Below, in pieces: positions 35,584 to 47,122 of a stretch of 64,000 nt of DNA. The stretch spans positions 62,001 through 126,000 of the forward strand of contig JAPDFW010000082.1 of assembly GCA_028826165.1 (NCBI GenBank), written 5' to 3'. The position numbers and the translations under genes were made by a program. This stretch comes from Anaeramoeba ignava BMAN. Its lineage: Eukaryota > Protista > Anaeramoebae. Position 1 is the first letter of the stretch, and each line of letters begins with the position of its first letter. Below the pieces are notes generated by a model. That model worked only from the letters and a program-made list of their open reading frames with translations, was not told the origin of the DNA and made no database searches.

Positions 35584-36885
35584 TTATTTCTTTTCCTTCT
35601 CAGTCAAAGATTGAAGAGGATATTTTCTTGGATCTGTGATCACACCTGTAATTGCAGTAGCAGCAACAGCTGCAGGACTTGCAAGATAGATTTCTGAGTC
35701 TTTGCATCCCATTCTGCCTTTGAAATTTCTATTTGCAGTTGATAAGCACTTCTCTTTTGGAGCAAGTGCACCTAGATGAGCACCTAAACAAGGTCCACAA
35801 CCAGGAGGTAAAATGACAGCACCAGCTTCAACTAAAATATCGATGCTTCCGTTTTTGAGTGCTAATTGATACTCTGCTCTTGAAGAGGGAGCAACAAGAA
35901 ATCGAGTTGATTCGTGCACTTTGTGGCCTTTTATAATTTGAGCTGCAATCAAAAGATCGTCGCTTCTTCCGTTTGTGCATGTTCCCAAAAAGCACTGATC
36001 AATAGGAATTCCTTCCACTTCTGTAATATTTTTGACGTTATCAACGGAGTGCGGACATGCAACAACAGGCAGAATTTCTGAAAGATCGTATTCCAATTCT
36101 TTGACATATTTTGCATTTTGATCTGCCCAAATAGGTTCATATTCGGATCTTTTAATGCCTATGTTTTTGAGATAGTCATGTGTTTTTTGGTCAACTTGGA
36201 AAACTGCTCCTTTGCCATCCATTTCAATTGCCATGTTTGCAAGTGTGAATCGCTCGCTTATTGAAAGCATTTCTGCGCCGTGGAATTCCAAAAACATGTA
36301 TGAAGCACCTGAAGAAGTAAGATCGCGAACAATTGACAGAATCAAATCTTTTGCGTAAATCTGAGTTTTGAAGTAATTTTTCAACGATATCTTGATCGAT
36401 TGCGGAACTTTAAGCCATGTCTTGCCCATAAGTGTTAATGCCGATGATTCTGTGCGGTCAACACCTGTAGAAAATGCTCCCATAACTCCATATGAGCATG
36501 TGTGAGAATCTGAGCCAACAATTAATTGTCCTGGCAATGCAAGTCCCTTTTCGACAACAACTTGATGACAAACACCAGTTCCAATATCGTAAAAGTTTTT
36601 GACTCCAAAGCGTTTGACGAATTCACGAACTTTCTTGTGTTCATTTGCTGTTTTTTCGTTTGCTGCTGGTGAAACATGATCAAGCACAATTATGTTTAAA
36701 TCTTTTGAGTAAATGCCAAATTCATTAAGCTCATCAGAGATTTTTCCGATAATGGCAGCTGTGTTGTCGTGAGTAAGGAGATGTTCGGGATAGACAGTAA
36801 CGATTTGTCCTGGAACAACTGATTCCAAACCAGCTTTTTTAGCAAGTATTTTTTCTGCAAAGGTCATTGGTTGTTTCTTTTCCAT
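35584..36885 (-). CDS. leuC: 3-isopropylmalate dehydratase/homoaconitase large subunit (LeuC/HacA type)
   Basis: MTFAEKIL, HDN, LDH, GVCHQ, GSDSHTCSYG, ANMAIE, GTCTNGR, GCGPCLG, STANRNFKGRMG, LASP. Confidence 0.93.
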   Translation of the reverse strand: MEKKQPMTFAEKILAKKAGLESVVPGQIVTVYPEHLLTHDNTAAIIGKISDELNEFGIYSKDLNIIVLDHVSPAANEKTANEHKKVREFVKRFGVKNFYDIGTGVCHQVVVEKGLALPGQLIVGSDSHTCSYGVMGAFSTGVDRTESSALTLMGKTWLKVPQSIKISLKNYFKTQIYAKDLILSIVRDLTSSGASYMFLEFHGAEMLSISERFTLANMAIEMDGKGAVFQVDQKTHDYLKNIGIKRSEYEPIWADQNAKYVKELEYDLSEILPVVACPHSVDNVKNITEVEGIPIDQCFLGTCTNGRSDDLLIAAQIIKGHKVHESTRFLVAPSSRAEYQLALKNGSIDILVEAGAVILPPGCGPCLGAHLGALAPKEKCLSTANRNFKGRMGCKDSEIYLASPAAVAATAITGVITDPRKYPLQSLTEKEKK

Positions 36886-36957
36886 CTTATTTCAAATTTG
36901 TTGCTTTGTTTTAATTATTTCTTCTTTTCTTTTCTTTATAAAAAAAAAAAGGTGAAT

Positions 36958-38883
36958 CTACCAATTTAAGGATTGCGATTTTACTCCAGAAACAAGTAAA
37001 CCTCCGCGATGATAAATTTCAAGCTGAGTTTTGGAGCAGGGATTTGCTTTGACAACAACATTTGTTCTTTTATTGAGAATGTTGCCATTAATCAAATCAA
37101 CAGAAATAACATCAGCATCACTAATATCAAGTTCTTTCAAATCCAAGACAGGAAGAGTAAGAATGGGTAACCCTGCATTAATAGCATTACGTTCATAGAT
37201 CGCACCAAAGGACTGTGCGATAATAACACTAATTCCAAGATTGATAAAGCAATCAACTGCTTGTTGACGAGAAGATCCGCATCCGAAGTTTTTGCCTGTA
37301 AGAATAATATCTCCTTTTTTAGCGTTTTTGGAGAAATCGGTCCAACCCTCTAAATTTCCGAAAGCATATTGACCCATTTGGTTAATGTCTGTGATTGTTA
37401 AATGTTTGTTGTGGAAAATCATGTCAGTATCAATGTTATCTTTTGGTATAACCCAAACACGACCAGTGAATTGTGTTGGTTTGGCAATTTCTTTCAATTC
37501 TGAATCCTGTGTTTGTATTTGTTGTTGTGTTTGTGTTTGTGTTTGTGTTTGTGGTTGTGCACAATTTTCGCATTGAGATTGAATATTATCAATCTGTCGG
37601 ATATTTTTTTCTGGTTCTGGGAAAAGTATAGGCTTTTCGAGAATATTATCAACAGTTGTCATAACACCAGAAATAGCAGAAGCAATTACAGTTTGGGGTG
37701 AACAAAGAAAAACTTTTCCCTTGCCTTGTTTTCCAATAAAGTTTCTGTTTCCTGTGCTGAGTGTAATCTCGTTCACTCCAGTCATACCTACTTGACCAGC
37801 AGCGCAAGAAGAGCATCCTGGATTACTCACAAGAGCGCCTGCCTCTACAAATATCTGGATAATTCCCTCGCGAAGACAGCGCAGATATATTGCCTGTGTC
37901 GATGGAACAACTTTGAGAATTACTCCTGGAGCAACTTGATTTCCCTTGATAATATCAGCTGCTAATTTAAGATCCTCGTAGCGTCCATTTGTGCATGATC
38001 CAAGAATGCAAGAATCAATTTTTGTGTTGAATAAATCTTTGACTGCAACAACATCTTCGGGATGGCCTGCACGTGAGATCAAAGGTCCGATATTTGTGAT
38101 ATCAATATCAAATTCCTTCTCATATTTTGCGTTAGGATCAGCCTCGAAAAGCGAGAGATCGAATTCTTTTGGATCGAAACCAAGCTCTTTGAAAATGGAT
38201 TCGTTTGGAGGGAAAAGAAGGATAATTGCGCCCATTTCTGTTGCCATTGAAGCAATTGTTATTCTGGAAGACAGATTAAGCGTATCAATATACTCTCCAT
38301 AAATTTCTGCGGAATAACCAAGCAGGGAGTTTGCACCAAGAACTTGGAGAATGCGAAGAGTAACATCTTTAGGAGTTGCGTATTTACCGGGCATTCCTTT
38401 GAGATTAACCTTGACGGAATGAGGGATTTTGAACCATACTTTGCCTCTAGTCCATGCTGCAGCGATATCCATGTCTCCCATACCTTGTCCAAATGCGCAT
38501 ATTGCGCCCATAATGTTTGCATGAGAATCTGTTGAGACGAAAACATCTCCTGGCTTGACAACTTTCTCATCAATCACAATATGTGTTCCAATACCCTTGT
38601 CGATATCAAAGACCTTAATCCCTCTCTCGCGTGCAAATACACGGCATATTTGCTGGTTATTTGCGTAGTTCATATCGCTTCCTGTGGGGTTGCAATCAAA
38701 TGTGAAGAATGTTCTTTTGTTGTCTTCAATGGTGAGTCCGTTATTACGGATATTTTTCACAACATTTGCTCCTGCAAAATCTCTTGCTGCGCGAACATCC
38801 ACAAAAACATCACAAATTTCACCTGGGATGACCTTTTGGTCTGTTTTTTTACTTAAAATTTTCTCGATTATTGTTTGGCTCAT
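36958..38883 (-). CDS. Fused aconitase-family large+small subunit (LeuC-LeuD fusion), divergent substrate motifs
   Basis: MSQTIIEKIL..STDSHAN..GSCTNGR..CSSCAAG..STGNRNFIGKQG, (QT)n linker, then DNIDTDMIF..NFGCGSSRQQA..FGAIYERNAIN..GGLL. The frame stays open upstream of this Met to 39111. Confidence 0.9.
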   Translation of the reverse strand: MSQTIIEKILSKKTDQKVIPGEICDVFVDVRAARDFAGANVVKNIRNNGLTIEDNKRTFFTFDCNPTGSDMNYANNQQICRVFARERGIKVFDIDKGIGTHIVIDEKVVKPGDVFVSTDSHANIMGAICAFGQGMGDMDIAAAWTRGKVWFKIPHSVKVNLKGMPGKYATPKDVTLRILQVLGANSLLGYSAEIYGEYIDTLNLSSRITIASMATEMGAIILLFPPNESIFKELGFDPKEFDLSLFEADPNAKYEKEFDIDITNIGPLISRAGHPEDVVAVKDLFNTKIDSCILGSCTNGRYEDLKLAADIIKGNQVAPGVILKVVPSTQAIYLRCLREGIIQIFVEAGALVSNPGCSSCAAGQVGMTGVNEITLSTGNRNFIGKQGKGKVFLCSPQTVIASAISGVMTTVDNILEKPILFPEPEKNIRQIDNIQSQCENCAQPQTQTQTQTQQQIQTQDSELKEIAKPTQFTGRVWVIPKDNIDTDMIFHNKHLTITDINQMGQYAFGNLEGWTDFSKNAKKGDIILTGKNFGCGSSRQQAVDCFINLGISVIIAQSFGAIYERNAINAGLPILTLPVLDLKELDISDADVISVDLINGNILNKRTNVVVKANPCSKTQLEIYHRGGLLVSGVKSQSLNW

Positions 38884-39566
38884 TGCCAATTTGTGTTTGT
38901 TTTTCTTGTTTTTGTGAAGTGTGTTTGAGTGTGAGCTTGAAGAAATGCCATTTTCGGCAGAGAGTAAACATTCATTGCAGTGTAATGTTGTTGGTTGATT
39001 CGGGTTGCGCAAGGGAATCGTGCTGGATGATAAAGCATAAAGGATAATTTCTTGCCAGTTTCCTGCTGAATTTTTTCGAATTTCGATTTGGCTTTCAAAG
39101 AAAGATTTTTTCTAAACTGGAAATTCTTTCTTGATTCAAAACGTAATTTGGACATGAATGCCTCTGTCAACTTAATAAATCTTCCTGAAGTGCGTTTTAT
39201 GTAACGAATATTGTGGTTGTTATTTGAGTGTAAAAATGCCTTTGATTCACCTCCAAGTTGCTGCATTTCAGTGAGTTTTCTTTTACGTAATTCCGGAATT
39301 GAGAAATTAGAGGAATGATTGTTTTTCTTTAGATGGGAAATGTTTGAGATTTCTTGAAGAGAATTTGGATCACATTGAGCAGCTTCTAGATAATTCAACG
39401 GAGCTTGCGGTGGTGGTGGCGCAAGCTTACGTTTTTGTGGGTTTTCATCAATTTGAGACATGATAATCTCCTTGTTTCCGAAGAAAACGGAAACAAATTT
39501 GATGTTTTGCTCATGTTTTGGTTTGAGAATGGGCACTTCTGTGTTTTTTGTTGCAATTGGTTCCAT
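38880..39566 (-). CDS. Hypothetical basic protein (228 aa) whose TGA overlaps the ATG of the LeuC-LeuD fusion
   Basis: Non-repetitive ORF with coding-like composition; frame open further upstream to ~39707; no recognisable domain. Confidence 0.45.
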   Translation of the reverse strand: MEPIATKNTEVPILKPKHEQNIKFVSVFFGNKEIIMSQIDENPQKRKLAPPPPQAPLNYLEAAQCDPNSLQEISNISHLKKNNHSSNFSIPELRKRKLTEMQQLGGESKAFLHSNNNHNIRYIKRTSGRFIKLTEAFMSKLRFESRKNFQFRKNLSLKAKSKFEKIQQETGKKLSFMLYHPARFPCATRINQQHYTAMNVYSLPKMAFLQAHTQTHFTKTRKTNTNWQ

Positions 39567-40357
39567 TTTGGGAAGTTCGGGAAATTCTTTTAAACTTTGA
39601 AGTTTGATTTTTTTGTGGTTTCTTTTACGAAATCTTTTTTTTCTGCGATTTTCTTGAGAGCCGAGTCCTACAACGTTCTTTAAATGAACGGAGGTTTTCT
39701 CATTGCCTAAAAAATTAATGAAAAATTAATGAAAAATGAAAAATGAAAAATGAAAAATGAAAAATGAAAAATTTAAATTATTTACTCTCATTTCTTCTTC
39801 TTCGGAAATATCTTTTTCTTTGTGGAACCCAAAAAATAGGGTATACAATATAATACCAGTTTCCGAGTTGCGTTGTAAATTACTTTTTAATTTGTTTTTG
39901 TTTAACTTTTTTCTGCTTTTTACTTTTTTGGATCTTTCAAATAAAAAAAAGTATTGAAAGTAATAAAAAAATTTGCGATTTGTTTTGTTTTTTTGCTTTT
40001 TGGTTTTTTTGCTATTTAATTATTAAAAATGGTTAATTAGTTGATTAATTTGATTTAATAAATTAAAAACTTACTTTCTAAAATGTAAAAAAAAAAAAAT
40101 GAAAAAAAAATGAAAAAATGAAAATAATTCAAATAAAAAAACTTAATTGATTGATTTTAGATTTCATGACAAAATTGATAAAAAAATTTTTTTTTTTTTT
40201 TTATATAAATTTTTTTATTTTTAAAAGAAAAAAAAAATGATAAAAAAGAAAAAGAAAAAGTGGCAAAAAAAAAAAATAAGAAAACAAAATTCAAACATTT
40301 CTTTGTATTTTTATTTGTATTTGTATTTGAATTTTACTTTCTTTTTTTTTTTTTTTC

Positions 40358-43300
40358 TTAACAACATTTTTTTTTAGGACGAGGTTTAAATTCTGTCAAA
40401 TTTATTACTGGATCATTTCGTTCTTCTTTTTTTTTTATTTTTTGATCATTTTCTAAAATTTTTTTAACAAGAAAATTTACAGATTCATCAATATTTTCTT
40501 TAGTTTTTGCACTTGTTGTGAACCTTTTTTTTTTTTTTAAAAATTTTAATTTAAAAATTTTAATTGAAAAATTTTGATTGTTTTTTTTTACCATCCTATA
40601 AATCCAAATTCTTGACATATATTATCCATATCTTCTTTTGTTTTTTCAAAAATATCTGAACCTAAATCAATCTATAAAAAGAAATTTTTTTGATTAATTG
40701 AAAAATTTTTTTTAAAAAAAAATATATACTTTATTTGCAAGAAGAACAACAGAAATTGGTGAACCATCTGATAAATAAACTTTAGAATCAATATCACTTT
40801 TCCATTTTTTTGCATTTTCAAAAGTGTTTGGTCTTGTAACATCAAATATTACAAATGCTCCAGCTGCTCCATTATAATAAACTCTTGTTAAATTTCCATA
40901 TCTTTCTTGTCCTAATATTATAAATAATTTTATAAATAATTTTATAAATAATTTTATAAATAATTTTATATTTAATTTTATAAATAATTTTATAAATAAT
41001 TTAATAAATAATTTTATAAATAATTTTATAATTAATTTAATAAATAATTTAATAAATAATTTTATCAATAATTTTATAATTAATTTTATATTTAATTTAA
41101 TATATAATTTTATAATTAATTTTATAATTAATTTTATAATTAATTTTATAATTAATTTAATAAATAATTTTATAAATAATTTTATAAATAATTTTATAAT
41201 TAATTTTATAATTAATTTTTATATTTAATTTTATAATTAATTTTATAATTAATTTTATAATTAATTTTATAAATAATTTTATAAATAATTTTATAAATAA
41301 TTTTATAAATAATTTTATAAATAATTTTATAAATAATTTTATAAATAATTTTATAAATAATTTTATATTTAATTTTATATTTAATTTTTTATATTTAATT
41401 TTATATTTAATTTTATATTTAATTTTATATTTAATTTTTATAATTAATTTTATATTTAATTTTATATTTAATTTTATAAATAATTTTATATTTAATTTTA
41501 TATTTAATTTTATAATTAATTTTATAAATAATTTTATAATTAATTTTATAAATAATTTAATAAATAATTTAATAAATAATTTTATAAATAATTTTATATT
41601 TAATTTTATAATAATTTAATAAATAATTTTATAAATAATTTTATATTTAATTTTATAAATAATTTTATAAATAATTTTATAAATAATTTAATAAATAATT
41701 TAATAAATAATTTTATAAATAATTTTATATTTAATTTAATAATTAATTTTATATTTAATATTATAATTAATTTTATAATTAATTTTATAAATAATTTTAT
41801 AAATAATTTTATAAATAATTTTATAAATAATTTTATAATTAATTTTATAATTAATTTTATAAATAATTTTATAAATAATTTTATAAATAATTTTATAAAT
41901 AATTTTATAAATAATTTTATAAATAATTTTATAAATAATTTTATAATTAATTTTATAATTAATTTTATAAATAATTTTATAATTAATTTTATAAATAATT
42001 TTATAAATAATTTAATAATTTTATAAATAATTTTATAAATAATTTTATAAATAATTTAATATTTAATTTTATAAATAATTTTATATTTAATTTTATAAAT
42101 AATTTTATATATAATTTTTATAAATAATTTTATAAATAATTTTATAAATAATTTTATAAATAATTTTATAAATAATTTTATAAATAATTTATAATTAATT
42201 TTATAAATAATTTTATAATTAATTTTATAAATAATTTAATAAATAATTTTATAAATAATTTTAATAAATAATTTTATAAATAATTTAATAATTAATTTTA
42301 TAAATAATTTTATAATTAATTTTATAAATAATTTTATATTTAATTTTATAAATAATTTTATAATTAATTTTATAATTAATTTTATAATTAATTTTATAAT
42401 TAATTTTATAATTAATTTTATAATTAATTTTATAAATAATTTTTATATTTAATTTTATAAATAATTTTATAAATAAATTTATAATTAATTTTATAAATAA
42501 TTTTATATTTAATTTTATAAATAATTTTATAAATAATTTTATAATTAATTTTATAATTAATTTTATAAATAATTTTATATCTAATTTTATAATTAATTTT
42601 ATATTTAATTTTATAAATAATTTTTATAAATAATTTTATAAATAATTTTATATTTAATTTTATAATTAATTTTATAAAGTAATTTTATAATTAATTTTAT
42701 AATTAATTTTATAAATAATTTTATAAATAATTTTTATAAATAATTTTATAAATAATTTTAAATTGAATTTTATATATAATTTAATAAATAATTTTTATAA
42801 ATAATTTTATAAATAATTTTATAAATAATTTAATAAATAATTTAATAATTAATTTTATAATTAATTTTATAAATAATTTTATAAATAATTTTATAAATAA
42901 TTTTATAAATAATTTTATAAATAATTTTATAAATAATTTTATATTTAATTTTATAAATAATTTTATATTTAATTTTATAAATAATTTTATATTTAATTTT
43001 ATAAATAATTTTATAAAATAATTTTATAAATAATTTTATAAATAATTTTATAAATAATTTTATAAATAATTTTATAATTAATTTTATAAATAATTTTATA
43101 AATAATTTTATAAATAATTTTATAAATAATTTTATAAATAATTTTATAATTAATTTTATAAGTAATTTTATATTTAATTTTATAAATAATTTTATATTTA
43201 ATTTTATAAATAATTTTATTAATAATTTTATAAATAATTTTATAAATAATTTTATTAATAATTTTATAAATAATTTTATAAAATAATTTTATATTTAATT

Positions 43301-44500
43301 TTATATTTAATTTTATATTTAATTTTATAATTAATTTTATATTTAATTTTATAAATAATTTTATAAATAATTTTATTAATAATTTTATAAATAATTTTAT
43401 AAATAATTTTATTAATAATTTTATAAATAATTTTATTAATAATTTTATAAATAATTTTATAAATAATTTTATAAATAATTTTATTAATAAGTTTATAAAT
43501 AATTTTATAAATAATTTTATAAATAATTTTATAATAATTTAATAAATAATTTTATAATTAATTTTATAATTAATTTTATAAATAAATTTATTAATAATTT
43601 TATAAATAATTTTATAAATAATTTTATAAATAATTTTATATTTAATTTTATAAATAATTTTATTAATAAATTTATATTTAATTTTATATTGTGTTTTATA
43701 TTTAATTTTATTAATAATTTTATAAATAATTTTATATTTAATTTTATAAATAAATTTTATAAATAATTTAATAATTAATTTTATATATAATTTTATAAAT
43801 AATTTTATAAATAATTTTATAAATAATTTTATAAATAATTTTATAAATAATTTTATAAATAATTTTATAAATAATTTTATAAATAATTTTATAAATAATT
43901 TTATAATTAATTTTATATTTAATTTTATAATTAATTTTATAAATAATTTTATAATTAATTTAATAAATAATTTTATAAATAAATTTATATTTAATTTTAT
44001 ATTGTGTTTTTAGTTTATATTAAATTGTAAAAAGAATTGAAACAAAAGAAAAAACTTGGAAAAAAACCAAAAAAATTTTTTTTCCTAGTTTTAAAAGGAC
44101 TAAATAGAATAATAAAAATAGAAAGAAATTTTGAATAAATAAATGAATAAATAAAAACCTGCAATATCCCATAATTGAAGTCTAACAACTTTCTCATCAA
44201 TTTTCATAACTTTTAAAGCAAAATCAACACCAATCTTTTTTTTATTTTATAAAATTAAATTAAATTAATTTAAAAAAAAAAACAAAATGAAAATGTTGTC
44301 AATTTTTTTAATTAATCAATTAATCAAATTTTTTAATTATTTAATTAATTAAATTTTTTAACTGTTGATTTATATTTAGTAGAAAAAATTCCATGAACAA
44401 ATGAATTTATATAAGAAGTTTTTCCTGTTCCACTGTCTCCAACAACTAATACTTTATAAGGAAATTCGTGATCCTCTTGTTCATCATCAACTTGTGACAT
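40358..44500 (-). CDS. Rab32/38-family small GTPase, paralog A (5 exons, one 3.2-kb intron)
   Basis: MSQVDDEQ..YKVLVVGDSGTGKTS; IGVDFALK; LQLWDIAG|QERYGNLTRVYY; VVLLANK; FTTSAK; C-terminal KKKCC. WDIAGQE is the Rab32/38/29 signature. Confidence 0.92.
40915..44010 (+). repeat. ~3.1-kb 12-bp tandem array (TTTTATAAATAA)n inside a Rab32 paralog A intron
   Basis: Read directly; roughly 250 units with variants TTTTATAATTAA and TTTTATATTTAA. Confidence 0.95.
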
Positions 44501-44883
44501 TTAAAATAAATGTAAAAGAAAAAAAAGGAAAATAAAAAAATGAAAAAAAAAAAGAATAAAAAAATTTTAATTTTAATTTTTAATTTTGTTTTTGTTTTTG
44601 TTTTTGTTTTTATTTTTATTTTTGTTTTTGTTTTTGTTTTTATTTTTTTTTTGTTTATTGTTTTTGTTTATTATTTTTCTCTTTTCGAAAAATTTTCCTT
44701 CAAAAATCTCGTTCAATAAAAAGAAGAAAAAGAAGAAAAAAAAAGCAAAAAAAAATGTGAATGAAAATGAAAATGAAAATGAAAAAAAAGTTTGTGTTTT
44801 GTTTTTCATTTGTTTTCTTTTTTTTTTGATCTTCTTAAAAATTGAGAAACAAGTTATTGATTGATTAATTGATTTTTTTTTAA

Positions 44884-46994
44884 TCAACAGCAACCGTTTC
44901 CTCCTTTGGATTGTGTAGTGAGTGGTTCTTCCAAATGGATTGCTTGTTCTTTTGGTTTTTTATTTTGTTTCATTTTGAGATCATTTTCTAAGATTTTGTT
45001 AACAAGAAATTGTGCACATTCATTTATGTTTAATTTAGTTTTAGCACTAGTTGGAAACCTTTTAATTTTAATTTTAATTTTGATTTTAATTTTAATTTTA
45101 ATTTTAATTTTAGTTTTAATTTTAATTTTAATTTTATAAATGAATTTTGATTTTGATTTTAATTTTAATTTTAATTTTAATTTTAGTTTTAATTTTAATT
45201 TTAATTTTAATTTTAATTTTAATTTTAATTTTAATTTTAATTTTAGTTTTAATTTTAATTTTAATTTTAATTTTAATTTTAATTTTAATTTTAGTTTTTT
45301 AATTTTAATTTTAATTTTAATTTTAATTTTAATTTTAATTTTAATTTTAATTTTAATTTTAATTTTAATTTTAATTTTAATTTTAATTTTAATTTTAATT
45401 TTAATTTTAATTTTAATTTTAATTTTAATTTTAATTTTAATTTTATAAATGAATTTTGATTTTTAATTTTAATTTTAATTTTAATTTTAATTTTAATTTT
45501 AATTTTAATTTTAATTTTAATTTTAATTTTAATTTTAATTATTTTAATTTTAATTTTAATTTTAATTTTAATTTTAATTTATAAATAAATACCATCCTAA
45601 AAATCCAAATTCTTTACAAAATTCATCCATTTCTTTATCTGTTTTTCCAAAACCTTCTGGAGTTAAATCAAACTGAATTGATTAAATTCAAGAAAAGAAT
45701 AAGAATAAGAATAATAAAAATAAAAATAAATTTTTTTAGAATAAGTTTCTGAGTTTAATAAAGATAATAAATACTTTGTTTGCAAGAAGAACAACAGGAA
45801 TAACTGAACCATCTGGAAGAAAAGTTTTAGAATCAATATCATTTTTCCATTTTTTCACATTTTCTAAAGTATCCATTCTTGTAACATCGAAAACAACAAA
45901 AGCACCAACAGCTTCATTATAATAAACTCTTGTCATATTTGTATATCTTTCTTGGCCTAATTTAATTTTAATTTTATAAATGAATTTTAATTTCATTTTA
46001 GCTTTATATTTAATTTTATAAATGAATTTTAATTGAATTTTCATTTTAATTTTATAAATGAATTTTAATTTTAATTTAATTTTAATTTTATAAATGAATT
46101 TTAATTTCATTTTAATTTTAATTTTATAAATGAATTTCATTTTAATTTCATTTTAATTTTAATTTCATTTTAATTTTAATTTCATTTTAATTTTAATTTC
46201 ATTTTAATTTTAATTTCATTTTAATTTTAATTTCATTTTAATTTTAATTTCATTTTAATTTCATTTTAATTTCATTTTAGCTTTATATTTAATTTTATAA
46301 ATGAATTTTAATTTTAATTTAATTTTATAAATGAATTTTAATTTTAATTTTATAAATGAATTTCATTTTAATTTTATAAATAAATTTTAATTTTCATTTA
46401 ATTTTATAAATGAATTTTAATTGAATTTGAATTTTAATTTTATAAATGAATTTTAATTTCATTTTAATTTTATAAATGAATTTTAATTTTATAAATGAAT
46501 TTTAATTTTCATTTTAATTTTATAAATGAATTTTAATTTTCATTTTAATTTTATAAATGAATTTTAATTTTCATTTTAATTTTATAAATGAATTTTAATT
46601 TTCATTTTAATTTTATAAATGAATTTTAAAATGTTAAAATAAATAGAAAGAAATTTTGAATAAATAAATGAATAAATAAAAACCTGCAATATCCCATAAT
46701 TGAAGTCTAACAACTTTATCATCACTTATATTCATAACTTTCAAAGCAAAATCAACACCAATCTTAATTTAAAAAAAAAGGAAAAAAAAATTTCAATTTT
46801 AAATAAAAAATTTTTTTCTTATTATTATTATTATTTTTAAAAATAAATTTTTTTACAGTTGCTTTATATCTATTAGAAAAAATTCCATGAACAAATGAAT
46901 TTATATAAGAAGTTTTTCCTGTTCCACTGTCTCCAACAACTAATACTTTATAAAGATAACCTTTATCATCTTCACCTTGAAAATCATCAGCCAT
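44884..46994 (-). CDS. Rab32/38-family small GTPase, paralog B
   Basis: MADDFQGEDDKGYLYKVLVVGDSGTGKTS; IGVDFALK; WDIAG|QERYTNMTRVYY; FPTSAK; ends GGNGCC*; same intron positions as paralog A. Confidence 0.92.
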
Positions 46995-47122
46995 TTGAAA
47001 AAAAAAAATAAAATGAAAAAAAAAAATGAAAAAAAAATTAAAAAAAAAAAAGTTTTTTCTCCTTTTAAATTTTTTTCTTTTTCATTTTTTTTCTCCTTTT
47101 TTTTTTTTAAATTAAATAAAAA

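Noticed and set aside
34084-39566. Bacterial contamination or chimeric contig
   Set aside because: Intergenic spacers are host-like poly-A/T tracts, the proteins carry host-style low-complexity inserts, and clearly eukaryotic EPG5 and ERMP1 exons have a similarly raised GC.
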